A DNA stretch of 64,000 nucleotides from Vicinamibacterales bacterium. Its GTDB lineage: Bacteria; Acidobacteriota; Vicinamibacteria; Vicinamibacterales; CAVVIG01. This document shows, one piece after another, positions 9,571-19,405 of the stretch. The position numbers were made by a program, and so were the translations under genes. The DNA lies in the NCBI GenBank assembly GCA_965229885.1, contig CBDDJX010000002.1:509127-573126 (forward strand). Reading direction: 5' to 3'. The notes beneath the pieces are model-generated. The model saw only the letters and a list, made by a program, of their open reading frames with translations, made no database searches and was not told where the DNA came from. How positions within the stretch are numbered: the stretch's first letter is position 1; every line of letters begins with the position of its first letter.

Positions 9571-9699
9571 GTCGCCCGACGGCCCCACCGGCCCGCCCCT
9601 ACTACGCGGTGCCGCGTCGCACGAGGCGGAGGGGCGGCGCGGTGCGTGGAGCGGCGGTGCGGGTCGGGTGGGGCCGCCCACCACGCGGCGTCGCCTGTG

Positions 9700-9995
9700 C
9701 GTGCTGTGCCAGATAGGCGACCAGCTGGTCCCCGGCGTCGAGCAGTCCCTGTTCGTGGATGATGTTGTAGCGGTCGAAGATGGCGCGGCTCTTGTGGCCG
9801 GTCAGGAGCATGGCGACCCGCTCGGGGACGCTGGCGCGGATTCAGGTTGCGGGCGGCGGTGCGGCGGCAATCGTGGAGGAAGCGGGTCGGCACGCCGGCC
9901 GCCTGACAGGCGGTGCGCCACGCCGTGCGCCAGCGGCGGATGTGGATTCCGCCTTGTCCATGTTCAACGACGTCCCATAGCTTCCGATAAGTATT
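9700..9995 (-). pseudogene. C-terminal fragment of a second tyrosine recombinase type, frameshifted
   Basis: ...WRTACQAAGVPTRFLHDCRRTAARNL / ...LLTGHKSRAIFDRYNIIHEQGLLDAGDQLVAYL. Homologous to the remnant at 49853-50170. Confidence 0.7.
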
Positions 9996-10079
9996 GTATA
10001 TTCTGATTGTTATGGCCTTCTAGTCGTCCCAGACGTACTCTTCACTTCCCACACAATCCGGGTTATAGTGTGGGTATAT

Positions 10080-11294
10080 ATGAGGGACCTCCCTAAGCGC
10101 CATCCGCACCAGCGACTCACCACCCGCGCGGTGCAGACGGCTCGACCGAGGACAGGCGCTCGCCGGATGGCCGACGGCGGCGGCTTGTATCTCCGCGTGG
10201 CCCCGAGCGGCGCGAAGAGCTGGATTCTGCGCACGGTCATTCAAGGCCGCCGGTGCGACCTCGGGCTCGGCAGCGTGACCTTGGTCTCGCTCGCGGAGGC
10301 CCGGGAGCAGGCCGTGCACCTTCGGAAGGTGGCCCGGGCCGACGGCGATCCCCTCGCGGAGCGTCGGCGTGCGCATCGGTGGCTCCCGACGTTCGAGGAG
10401 GCGGCCCGACAGGTCCACGCGGCGCACGCGGCTGGGTTCCGGAACGAGAAACACCGTAAGCAATGGCTGGCCTCGCTCGCGGGCATGGTAGCGGCCTTCG
10501 GGGCGAAGCGCGTGGATGCCATCACGAGCGCCGACATTCTGACGGCGCTTGGGCCGCAGTGGCTCGCGCGCCCGGCAACCTCGCGGCGGGTGCTCCAACG
10601 GGTCCGGATGATCTTCGAGTGGTGCACCGCCCAGGGCTACTGCGCGGGCGACAATCCCACCCAGGGTCTCACGAAGGTGCTCCCGAAGCACCGCGGTACG
10701 CCGCGGCACCATGCGGCGTTGCCCTACCCTGCGGTGCCAGCGTTCCTCCGCACGCTCCGGGCGGCGGAGGCGAGCGAGGCGAGCCGGCTCGCGTTTGAGT
10801 TCCTCATCCTCACGGCGGCCCGGACGAGTGAAGTGCTTCTGGCGACGTGGTCTGAAGTCGATCTGGAGACCCGGACGTGGACGATTCCCGGGGCGCGAAT
10901 GAAGAGCGGCCGCGCGCACAGCGTGCCGCTCGCGCCCCGCGTGCTCGAGATCCTCCACCGAGCGAAGGGGCTGTCCGATGGCGGCCCGTACGTGTTCCCC
11001 GGTCGGGCGCCGACGAAACCCCTCTGGAACATGGTCTTGCTGATCCTGTTGCGCCGCCTCCAGCGGGACCACCTCACGGTGCACGGGTTCCGCAGCACGT
11101 TTCGGGATTGGGCGGCCGAATGCACGAATGTGCCGCGCGCGGTTTGCGAAGCTGTCCTGGCCCACACGCTCCGGGACAAGGCCGAAGCGGCCTACAACCG
11201 CACGGATCTCTTTGACCGCCGGCGAGACCTGATGACCTCGTGGTCCAGGTTCGCCACGTCAAAGCCGGCCGATGTCGTGGCGATCCGAGCATGA
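10080..11294 (+). CDS. int: P4-type tyrosine integrase (DUF4102 arm-binding N-terminus plus catalytic domain)
   Basis: GGGLYLRVAPSGAKSWILR..., ...FEFLILTAARTSEVLLATWSEVDL..TWTIPGARMKSGRAHSVPL..., HGFRSTFRDWAAE...AHTLRDKAEAAYNRTDLF. ATG at 10080 preferred over GTG at 10068. Confidence 0.9.
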   Translation: MRDLPKRHPHQRLTTRAVQTARPRTGARRMADGGGLYLRVAPSGAKSWILRTVIQGRRCDLGLGSVTLVSLAEAREQAVHLRKVARADGDPLAERRRAHRWLPTFEEAARQVHAAHAAGFRNEKHRKQWLASLAGMVAAFGAKRVDAITSADILTALGPQWLARPATSRRVLQRVRMIFEWCTAQGYCAGDNPTQGLTKVLPKHRGTPRHHAALPYPAVPAFLRTLRAAEASEASRLAFEFLILTAARTSEVLLATWSEVDLETRTWTIPGARMKSGRAHSVPLAPRVLEILHRAKGLSDGGPYVFPGRAPTKPLWNMVLLILLRRLQRDHLTVHGFRSTFRDWAAECTNVPRAVCEAVLAHTLRDKAEAAYNRTDLFDRRRDLMTSWSRFATSKPADVVAIRA

Positions 11295-12031
11295 GTCCGG
11301 ACACGCTCCGCAAATTGCGTGAGTGGCTCACCCTCAAGGAGGCGGCGAGCGAACTCTCGACCGCGTTATCGGAAGACGTAGACGCTTCGGACGTGCTCCG
11401 CTTGGTACTCGACGAGCGGCTAAAGCTCTCGATCTATCTGCCGGCGAAGACGACCGCCCGCTGCCGAAAACTGGACGACGATGCCCCCAACGCTCCTCGG
11501 ACGCACGGAACGATTAACGGCGTTTGGGATGTGCCGATGGTCGGCAGGGGAAGATCGCAGATTGAAAACGACTACCAATGGCAGCGCGCCGGACTATATG
11601 TACCGAAAGATGCCCCAGTCGGCGCTTTGGTCGAGCAGGACGATCTCGTCTGCCAAGTCCCTCCCGACAGGGGGGAGTCCGGTCTCTCGCCGCGACCTGA
11701 GTCTGAGTTCCCACAAGGGAGCGTCCTTGGTGTTCGCCGGCCGGCGCTTGAGGCGTTCATCCGGCAACACGTACCCGTCCAAGCGCCGACCGCTGATCCT
11801 CTCGATAGACCCCTTGGGCAACGCGAACGAACGACGCTCCTGACCATCATCGCCGCGCTCGCGACGGAGGCAAAGGTAGACGTGTCAAAACCCGTGAAAT
11901 CGGGACAGATCATCTCGGCTCTGATTGCAGCGATAGGCTATGAGGTGGCACCGAATACCGTCGCTGGCCATCTGCGCACCCTTCGCAAGACCCTATTTGG
12001 TGAGACACGCAAGACGCCCAAAGGGGAATGA
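11291..12031 (+). CDS. Hypothetical protein of the integrative element
   Basis: ATG overlaps the integrase stop (ATGA). 246 aa beginning MSPDTLRKLREWLTLKEAASELS. The tail ...RERTTLLTIIAALATEAKVDVSKP... recalls island-borne regulators. Confidence 0.6.
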   Translation: MSPDTLRKLREWLTLKEAASELSTALSEDVDASDVLRLVLDERLKLSIYLPAKTTARCRKLDDDAPNAPRTHGTINGVWDVPMVGRGRSQIENDYQWQRAGLYVPKDAPVGALVEQDDLVCQVPPDRGESGLSPRPESEFPQGSVLGVRRPALEAFIRQHVPVQAPTADPLDRPLGQRERTTLLTIIAALATEAKVDVSKPVKSGQIISALIAAIGYEVAPNTVAGHLRTLRKTLFGETRKTPKGE

Positions 12032-12222
12032 ACAGCAGAAGCGCGTTCGGCTGGTTATCGAGCGGAACCCGCAGCATACCCAAGGAGCGCACCACATCTG
12101 AGGGCGACTGAAAAGATCAATTGATCCTCTCGTTCCGGCAATTGACGCCTCTGCCGAAGGCGTCCTGCTGGAATGGCCATGTCGTTCCCGGATGGGCCGG
12201 GTACGCACAGAGGAGGCGAACC

Positions 12223-12492
12223 ATGGCGCAGGACGACCGAGCCGCACTGACGATCTGGAGACGCCCACGCGTCCAGACTGAAACCGGCTATTCGCGTTCC
12301 ACTCTCTATCTCCGCATCGCCCAGGGGCTGTGGCCGAAGCCGGTGCGCCTGGGGGTGCGCGCCGTGGGCTGGCCCGCTGGTGAAGTGGCGGCGCTGAACG
12401 CCGCACGGATCGCTGGCCAGCCCGACGGGGAACTACGCGCCCTGGTGGCACGTCTCGAAGTCCGCCGCCGGACGGCATCCAGTGGTCAGTAG
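12223..12492 (+). CDS. AlpA-family phage/island regulatory protein (excisionase-like HTH)
   Basis: MAQDDRAALTIWRRPRVQTETGYSRSTLYLRIAQGLWPKPVRLGVRAVGWPAGEVAALN: the canonical AlpA motif pattern. Confidence 0.8.
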   Translation: MAQDDRAALTIWRRPRVQTETGYSRSTLYLRIAQGLWPKPVRLGVRAVGWPAGEVAALNAARIAGQPDGELRALVARLEVRRRTASSGQ

Positions 12493-13068
12493 TGCGCGCA
12501 TGGCTGTGCCATGCCCCGGGCTTCTACGGCACCCGATGCATCGACTCGCCACGATGCCCCGCCGCGACGCGGTGCCCGCGGTCGCATGCCCTGTACGGGG
12601 GGCGGCGCCACACGGGGCCGTGCGCGGAGACTGGCCGGGGCGACGAGGCGCGCGGCAGGCGGGACCCATTCGCGAGCCATGCCGGACGACGAGCGGTGGC
12701 GCGAGGCTCGACGGACACGGGCGATGGCCGGTGGCGACCGACAGGGCGCAGCCGCCCCGTCCCGCTCTGGCAGACGGTGTGACCGACGACCTCCCCCAGT
12801 GGCGCCTGCGGCTCTGCACGACGAGGACTGGGTTGCGCGGACCCTGGGCTTGGCGCCCTCCCTCCAGGGCACGACAGATGGCCGACGCCGTCTCGGGTAT
12901 CGTCCGCCGATTGGACGCACAGGATCACCAGCTAGGCGCCAGCACGGTTCGAAGGTGACCCGTGACCGCTGAGATGATGGCTCATGCCTTAGGTGGGCGA
13001 CGCGCGGGGACGGCCTGGATGGCCCACAACTTCGACCGCGCGCAATCCGTGCTTGAGGTGGTGACCCG

Positions 13069-15078
13069 GTGACTCGCGATGGTCGCAACACCTTGATCGA
13101 GTCCCTCGCCCATCAGGAGGATGTTCGCAGTCGGGATCCGGCCACCACGCGGGCGGTGGCAGGGTCTGGGACCGGCGATTCACCTAAGGGCGACACAGAT
13201 GAGGGAGCCGCGGCGCAGGCGGCGGGGCGATCCATCGTGGCTGATACGGCTCACGCGCCACAAAACATCTACGAAATTTGCGCCTATGACGGCACCCCCG
13301 TGGCCCTGCATGTTCGGATACAGTCTCCGGGCCAAAAAAAACGATTCGTGTGGCAGCAGCCGGATGGTTCGAGCGGCCTCAACGGCCGGTCTGTCTCCGA
13401 GCTACCGCTGTATGGTACGGAGCAACTCCCCGGTCTCAAGTCCGGACGCTTGGTGGTCGTCACCGAAGGTGAGAAGGCCGCCGGCGCGCTCCGGGTGCGC
13501 GATATCCCCGCGGTCGGCACCGTCACGGGCGCTGCGGGCTGCCCCTCAGCCGATGTGCTCGCTACGCTCGACAGTTTCGACGTCGCGGTGTGGCCAGATG
13601 CTGACCCGCAGGGCCACAAGCACGCCGCGAAGCTGCTTGATGGCCTCCTGCGCACCCGCAAGGGGAAGGCCGAGGGCCTCTTCGAGGTCGATCTTGCGGC
13701 CCTTGGGCTCACAGCGACGGGCGCTGACGCCGACGACTGGTGCCCAGAGGACCCGATCGACGAGCTCCTTGTCGCGCTCAAGCCGTATGCGCCCCCGCCA
13801 GTACTCGAGCCGGCCGCGCCCACGACTACCACGCAGCGGATCGTGATCAAGGGTGGAAAAACGCGGGCCGGCCTGCTCGCCGCCCTGGGCCACTTAGCTA
13901 TTGACCTCCGCTACGACGAACGATCCGTGAGGGTGCAATTCCTCGACGCGACGGCCGACTTTTCCAAGTGGACCAACAGCGACGACATGTACCGGGCGGA
14001 ACTCCGGGAGCGAATCGCCGACAAGTTCCTGTATGTCACGAAGGACGGCCAGGCCCCTCTGGCCTTCAGCAAAGATCGATTCTCCGATGTCATCGACGCT
14101 CTACTCAACAGCCGGCGCATCGACCCCTTCAAGGAGTGGCTCGACGCCCTGCCGGAGTGGGACGGGGAGAAGCGGTTGGACTTCTGGCTCACTCGCTGCT
14201 TTCAGATCGGCGACATCAGCCCAGGATTGCTCAGGTGGGCGTCGTTCTCCGTGCTGATGGGCGCGGTGGCGCGGACCTACACTCCGGGTGAAAAACACGA
14301 TGAGATGGTGATTCTCGTCGGCCCGCAGAGCCTTGGGAAGTCAACGGTCTGGGCGTGGCTGCTGCCGCCGGCAGACCGTCGCTCCTGGTTCTCGGATGCG
14401 CTCAAGTTCCATTCAGACCTCAAAGCCCAGGTCGAGGCGCTCCAAGGCCGGGTCCTGGTCGAGGCAGCCGAGATGAGCGGGTCGACGCGCGCCGAGGTCG
14501 AGTCGATTAAGGGTTTTCTCGCCAGACAAGACGACGGCGCCGTCAGGCTTACCTACCGCCGCGACCCGATCGACCTTCCCCGCCGCTGCATCATCGTCGG
14601 CTCGACCAACGACCCCCGCTGTCTCCCGAACGACCCCTCTGGGAACCGCCGCTTCGTGCCGGTCCCCGTGACGGCCGGGGACCCTCGCAAGATCCGGAGT
14701 TTCGTCAACGAATATCGGAAGCAACTGTGGGCCGAGGCACGGTATCGATCACTCGTGCTCAAAGAGCCGGCGTGGCTGCCCGACGAGCTCAAGTCACAAC
14801 AGGCGGCTCTGACGGAACGCTACCGGGCGACAGACGAGATCGCCGAGGATGCCGTGCAGGAATACCTGGCCGGCCACTCGGGCAACGTCACGACCCGGCA
14901 GGTGGTCGAGGGGATCAAGTGGGACAGCGGTGGCCGGAGCGCCCACCGTATCACGACCGTTCTGAAGCAGCTCGGCTACACCCCCGGTCGGCGGCGGGTC
15001 GCTGGCGCGCTAGGGCGGTATTGGACCCCGCCAGGCACGAGTCTGATCGACGACCCCGACCCAGGAGAGAACACATGA
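13069..15078 (+). CDS. Bifunctional primase / P-loop replication protein (Toprim plus VirE/D5-like NTPase)
   Basis: Toprim-like VVVTEGEKAAGAL...VWPDADPQGHKHA. Walker A in VILVGPQSLGKSTVWAWL. C-terminal region typical of VirE-family island primases. Confidence 0.8.
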   Translation: MTRDGRNTLIESLAHQEDVRSRDPATTRAVAGSGTGDSPKGDTDEGAAAQAAGRSIVADTAHAPQNIYEICAYDGTPVALHVRIQSPGQKKRFVWQQPDGSSGLNGRSVSELPLYGTEQLPGLKSGRLVVVTEGEKAAGALRVRDIPAVGTVTGAAGCPSADVLATLDSFDVAVWPDADPQGHKHAAKLLDGLLRTRKGKAEGLFEVDLAALGLTATGADADDWCPEDPIDELLVALKPYAPPPVLEPAAPTTTTQRIVIKGGKTRAGLLAALGHLAIDLRYDERSVRVQFLDATADFSKWTNSDDMYRAELRERIADKFLYVTKDGQAPLAFSKDRFSDVIDALLNSRRIDPFKEWLDALPEWDGEKRLDFWLTRCFQIGDISPGLLRWASFSVLMGAVARTYTPGEKHDEMVILVGPQSLGKSTVWAWLLPPADRRSWFSDALKFHSDLKAQVEALQGRVLVEAAEMSGSTRAEVESIKGFLARQDDGAVRLTYRRDPIDLPRRCIIVGSTNDPRCLPNDPSGNRRFVPVPVTAGDPRKIRSFVNEYRKQLWAEARYRSLVLKEPAWLPDELKSQQAALTERYRATDEIAEDAVQEYLAGHSGNVTTRQVVEGIKWDSGGRSAHRITTVLKQLGYTPGRRRVAGALGRYWTPPGTSLIDDPDPGENT

Positions 15079-15320
15079 ACCATAAGCGAGAGACCGACCG
15101 CAAGCGTCGCGTGGTGCGGGCCGTGATTGAGGTTAGCAAGACGCATCAGAATCTACTTTTTGATATTGCTCAGGCGGCGGTCAGCGCCCGGCACATCGAG
15201 GCCGCCGAAGTGTGGGAAGCGATGCTGCAGGTTCACAACGACAACCTGAAGCGCGATGAGCAAATCATCGCCGGAATCCTACAAACATCGGGCCGTGTCG
15301 GGTCGACTACTGTGAATTGA
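15075..15320 (+). CDS. Small hypothetical protein coupled to the primase
   Basis: ATG overlaps the primase stop (ATGA). 81 aa starting MNHKRETDRKRRVVRAVIEVSK... Confidence 0.45.
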   Translation: MNHKRETDRKRRVVRAVIEVSKTHQNLLFDIAQAAVSARHIEAAEVWEAMLQVHNDNLKRDEQIIAGILQTSGRVGSTTVN

Positions 15321-15746
15321 AACGCGCCAGAGGACCCCACCCAACATGCTGAGGGTGATGCAAACCCGACCAGGGACGCCGCGCGGCGACTGCCGGGCGG
15401 CGTGTTACGCGTCCATCTTCGAGCTCGCCCTCGACGACTTCCCAGATACACGCTGGCCCGAGGCAATCCCGTGGCAGGGGGCCAGGACGCGACCCTCACC
15501 GCCCGTGGAGATGCCGCACGGGCTTTTCCACATTGAACGTCCCGCCGCTCGCCAGAGGGCCCTCGAAAAATCGAGGGAGTAATAGTCCTCCCCACAGCCC
15601 CCCGCTCGCGTGCGTCAATTTGCAATATTCCTTAATGCCCGCCCCGTCCGCGCACGCGCGTTTCAGAGGGTGGTAAGCCGCTCCGCAGGGTCGCCAATTT
15701 TCGACCCTTCCAGGAACGGGCTTTCGTCCCCCCTCGCTGTGCCGGA

Positions 15747-15983
15747 GTGTGACGGGTGTGACGGGCTTTTCTAATGTATTCCTTTTATCCCCTGTCCTGT
15801 CCACTATATCCATGTTAACCCCCTCAAAAAGTGGATACATTAGAAAAAGTCCGTCACACCCCGGCACATAAAAATAAACTTAATAACCACAATGACTTGC
15901 AGGTGTGACGGGGTCGAAAGCCAACCCTGCCGTACTCGGAAAACTTCAATATGTTATCCAAATGCCGTCACACCCTGTCACAC
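15747..15983. repeat. Iteron field: 9-mer GTGTGACGG in direct and inverted copies (candidate replication origin)
   Basis: Perfect copies at 15747-15755 and 15756-15764 (tandem) and 15903-15911. Inverted copies at 15851-15859 and 15965-15973, and a one-mismatch copy at 15975-15983. Embedded in an AT-rich stretch that also holds an inverted repeat CTAATGTAT...ATACATTAG (15771/15836). Confidence 0.6.
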
Positions 15984-17043
15984 CTCAAAAAACCACACAC
16001 TTTCCCTCCCCATGAAATCGCCCAATTTTTTCTCCCCGAACAGGCGCGAACTCTTATTTGAATTCGCGCCGGCCGATCGGTTACGGGCATTTTTCGCTTT
16101 CGCCGCGCATTCAGCCGACTTTTGTCCGATCGTCGCCCAATAGTCGAGCGAATCTGCAGCGTGCGCCGGTCGGCTGGACGTTCTGGGGTGCGAAGTCTCA
16201 TGGGGTCGTTGAGTGTGGGAAGCGGGCTGAAGGGTAGCGAAGAAAAGACGAGAATAGTATTTGGTGGAGGTATGATCCGCCGTTATTCTCATAATTACTA
16301 AGCGTTTTTGCTTATACCTGCTTACATATACAATTATATACACAATTACTAGGTCGGATCGCCACCGAACCTCGGCCTGGGTGGTCTGGACGTTCGTGGT
16401 GAGCGGGCTCCATGGGGTCGTCGGGCTTGGTGAGTCGGGCAGCGGTCAAGCCCGCGGCCGTTCCTCACGTGCGCGAGGGCTCGGCTCTTCCGCTCACGAT
16501 GACTCCCCGTGGGGGTCTGGACCGGGGCAGGATGGGGGCGGGCGGCCGAAGGCGCGCCCGTTCCGGCTGGACCCGTCGGATGTGCGCGGAGTCCAGGACA
16601 GGGCCCGGTCTGCGTCGAGGGTGCACTCGACATCGCCGAGGCCAGGGTCACAGGCGTCCGCACGGAGCCACGAGGCGCCGGCACCTGCACTGATGCGATG
16701 GCCCGATGCCGGAGCCCTGACGTCGTCGACGAGCACGAGGCGATGTAACTCATTTGATAATAATAGCTTAAAGCTTAAGCTGTCATCGCTTCCCCTCATC
16801 GTATCCCTCTTGCGCAATCGGATGTCCGCGGGCTTTGAAGACCGTGTGTGGACGTCGCAAGATCGCGGACCACAGAGACTACCAAGCGCTGATCAGCGGC
16901 TGCGGGGCACCATCGTCGCCACCGCCGTTGTGCCCAAACGACGATTGCGCGACGGCCAGCGACGCGCACGCGTGGCCGGCGGACAGAGGCAAAATAGAGC
17001 CACGCCGCGACCACGACACCGTTCTCCATGCAGAGGTAACGCA

Positions 17044-17733
17044 ATGTTCTTCGACCCGATGTATTTCCTCTTCATCCTGCCCGGGTTGGGACTCTCGCTC
17101 TGGGCGAGCGCGCGGGTCAAGCGCACCTTCAACAGGTATTCGAAGGTCTGGAGTCGGCGCGGGTTCACGGGCGCACAGGCCGCGGTGGCCCTCCTGCGCG
17201 GGGCGGGCATCACCGACGTGCAGATTGTCCGCGCCCACGGCGTGCTGTCCGACCACTACAACCCGGTAACGAAGAAGCTGGTGCTCTCCGAGCCGGTCCA
17301 TGCCTCGGATTCCATTGCTGCCGTCGGCATGGCCACGCACGAGGCGGGGCATGCTATCCAGCACGCGCGGCACTACGCGCCGCTCTGGCTGCGCTCGGCG
17401 CTGGTGCCAACGGCTTCCATCGGCTCGAGCCTCAGCTATGGCGCCATGGCCATCGGCTTGTTCTTGGCCTCGACGAACCTGGTACGGGTCGGCGCGGTGT
17501 TGTTCTCCGCCGTGTTGCTGTTCCAGGTCGTGACGCTGCCTGTGGAGTTCAACGCCTCGAACCGCGCGAAGGCGTTGACCGTGGAGCACGGGATTATCAC
17601 GGCGCAGGAGCGGGAGGGAGTGGACCGGGTGCTGAACGCCGCCGCACTGACCTACGTGGCAGCCGCGGTGAGTACGCTGCTGACGCTCCTGTACTTCCTC
17701 TGGCGGGCGGGTCTGCTCGGCGGACGGCGCTGA
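17044..17733 (+). CDS. Membrane zinc metallopeptidase (Zn_peptidase_2 / YpfJ-unrelated neutral peptidase family)
   Basis: MFFDPMYFLFILPGLGLSLWASARVKRTFNRYS...HEAGHAIQH...: family-typical N-terminus and HExxH. The ORF-track start at 16381 is an implausible extension. Confidence 0.85.
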   Translation: MFFDPMYFLFILPGLGLSLWASARVKRTFNRYSKVWSRRGFTGAQAAVALLRGAGITDVQIVRAHGVLSDHYNPVTKKLVLSEPVHASDSIAAVGMATHEAGHAIQHARHYAPLWLRSALVPTASIGSSLSYGAMAIGLFLASTNLVRVGAVLFSAVLLFQVVTLPVEFNASNRAKALTVEHGIITAQEREGVDRVLNAAALTYVAAAVSTLLTLLYFLWRAGLLGGRR

Positions 17734-17992
17734 GCCGCACGCTACCTTGAACGATGCTGGTACAGCGAAAACACTCCTCATACACAGTGGCACAGTGGAA
17801 GTGGTGGAGGCGGCGTCCACCATCTATAATGGTCATACGTGTTCCCATGGTGTCCAACCAAGTTCATGTAAAATACGTTAGTTAAACTTGTTAATAACTT
17901 GATGGCGTCTTGACGTGGTGCCACGATGTCCGGTATATTCATAAATTATTGTGTATAGTTCACTGTATAGCGACAAGCGCGAGAATCGATCG

Positions 17993-19240
17993 ATGCCGGC
18001 AACGCCGCCGCGCCGCCTCGCGCACCGCTTGAGCGCCGCCGTTGTGCGGACCGCCGAGCCCGGGTTCTATTGCGATGGCCACGGGCTGAACTTGCGCGTG
18101 GATCCGTCCGGGGCGCGGCAGTGGGTGCAACGGCTGGTCATTCGGGGCCGGCCCCGGATGCTCGGGCTCGGCGGCTACCCGCTGGTGTCACTGGCCGAGG
18201 CGCGCAACGCGGCGTTCGCCAACCGCCAGCGGGCGCGGGCGGGCGGAGACCCGCGGGCCGAGGAGCGCCACGGCCAGGGCGCGCCCACGGTCGAGGAGGC
18301 CGCCGCCGCGGTGTTGGAGCAGCAGCGCCCCGGCTGGCGCAATGCCAAGCACGCGCGGGACTGGCCACGCAGTCTGCGCGCCTATGCGTTCCCGCGCATC
18401 GGGGCGATGCCCGTGTCCGAGGTGACCACGGCCGACGTGCTGGCCATCCTCACCCCGATCTGGCACGACAAGCCCGAGACCGCACGGCGGGTGCGGCAGC
18501 GGATCGGGGCCGTGATGAAGTGGGCGGTCGCCATGGGACACCGGCCGGACAACCCGGCGGGCGATGCCCTCGGGCAGGCGCTCGGGCGGCAGCAGGCCAT
18601 CGTCCAGCACATGCGGGCGCTGCCCCACGGCGCGGTGGCAGACGCCCTCGCGACCGTGCGAGCCTCCCAGGCCTCGGTCACCACCAAGGATGCGTTCGAG
18701 TTCCTGGTGCTGACGGCGGCGCGCTCCGGCGAAATGCGCCTGGCGACGTGGGACGAAATGGACCTGGACGCGGGCGTGTGGACCATCCCCGGCGCGCGCA
18801 TGAAGGCGAAGCGGGATCACCGCGTCCCGCTTTCGGGGCGGGCGCACGCGATCCTGCACGACGCACGGAGACGCAGTGACGGCACGGGCCTCGTATTCCG
18901 CAGTCTGCGCGGGAAGCCACTCTCCAACACGACGCTATCGAAATTAATCAAGGAACTCGGCCTCGCCGCCGTGCCGCATGGGTTCCGGTCGAGCTTCCGG
19001 GACTGGGCCGCGGAACGGACGAACACACCCCGCGAAGTGGTCGAGGCCGCACTCGCCCATACGGTACAAAACCCCACCGAGGCAGCCTACGCGCGCAGTG
19101 ATCTCTTCGAGCGCCGGCGCCGCCTGATGGACGAGTGGGCGGCCTATCTCAGGGAGGCCGGCGGGCACGTGGTGGCTGACGCCGGCAACCATCCGTCGCC
19201 GAGTGGGCTTGATCAGACCGGATCGACCTCGTGCCCATGA
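17993..19240 (+). CDS. int: P4-type tyrosine integrase
   Basis: LSAAVVRTAEPGFYCDGHGLNLRVDPSGARQWVQR (DUF4102). ...FLVLTAARSGEMRLATWDEMDLDAGVWTIPGARMKAKRDHRVPL...HGFRSSFRDWAAE...AHTVQNPTEAAYARSDLF. An AT-rich promoter-like region lies upstream. Confidence 0.9.
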   Translation: MPATPPRRLAHRLSAAVVRTAEPGFYCDGHGLNLRVDPSGARQWVQRLVIRGRPRMLGLGGYPLVSLAEARNAAFANRQRARAGGDPRAEERHGQGAPTVEEAAAAVLEQQRPGWRNAKHARDWPRSLRAYAFPRIGAMPVSEVTTADVLAILTPIWHDKPETARRVRQRIGAVMKWAVAMGHRPDNPAGDALGQALGRQQAIVQHMRALPHGAVADALATVRASQASVTTKDAFEFLVLTAARSGEMRLATWDEMDLDAGVWTIPGARMKAKRDHRVPLSGRAHAILHDARRRSDGTGLVFRSLRGKPLSNTTLSKLIKELGLAAVPHGFRSSFRDWAAERTNTPREVVEAALAHTVQNPTEAAYARSDLFERRRRLMDEWAAYLREAGGHVVADAGNHPSPSGLDQTGSTSCP

Positions 19241-19405
19241 AACCAGCACATCAACCGGACCACGGCACACGCAGGACAGCCGCGGCAGGTGAACCACGAC
19301 GATCCACGAAACCAGAACCACATCGATCCTCGGAACATATGTGCGTCGCGTCATTGTCCTTGCGCCCGCCGTAGGCGTGATGGTCGGGACGGCCGACCTT
19401 GATGC

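Noticed and set aside
12493-13068. Several overlapping 100-200-aa ORFs between alpA and the primase
   Set aside because: All are Arg/Pro/Gly/Ala-rich, mutually overlapping on both strands, and without recognisable motifs or start contexts. I cannot support any as a gene, although a small real gene could be hidden here.
15747-15983. Possible CRISPR-like array (short repeated units)
   Set aside because: The repeats are only 9 nt, occur in both orientations with irregular spacing, and no cas genes are present. They fit iterons, not CRISPR.
15892-16143. 83-aa ORF in the AT-rich region after the primase
   Set aside because: It runs straight through the GTGTGACGG iterons and A/T tracts, is Cys/Pro/Thr-rich and has no ribosome-binding site. 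The region is better explained as an origin or non-coding.
16381-17043. 220-codon N-terminal extension of the metallopeptidase ORF
   Set aside because: The translation is Arg/Ser/Gly-rich with no structure. The family-typical N-terminus MFFDPMYFLFILPG begins at the ATG at 17044.
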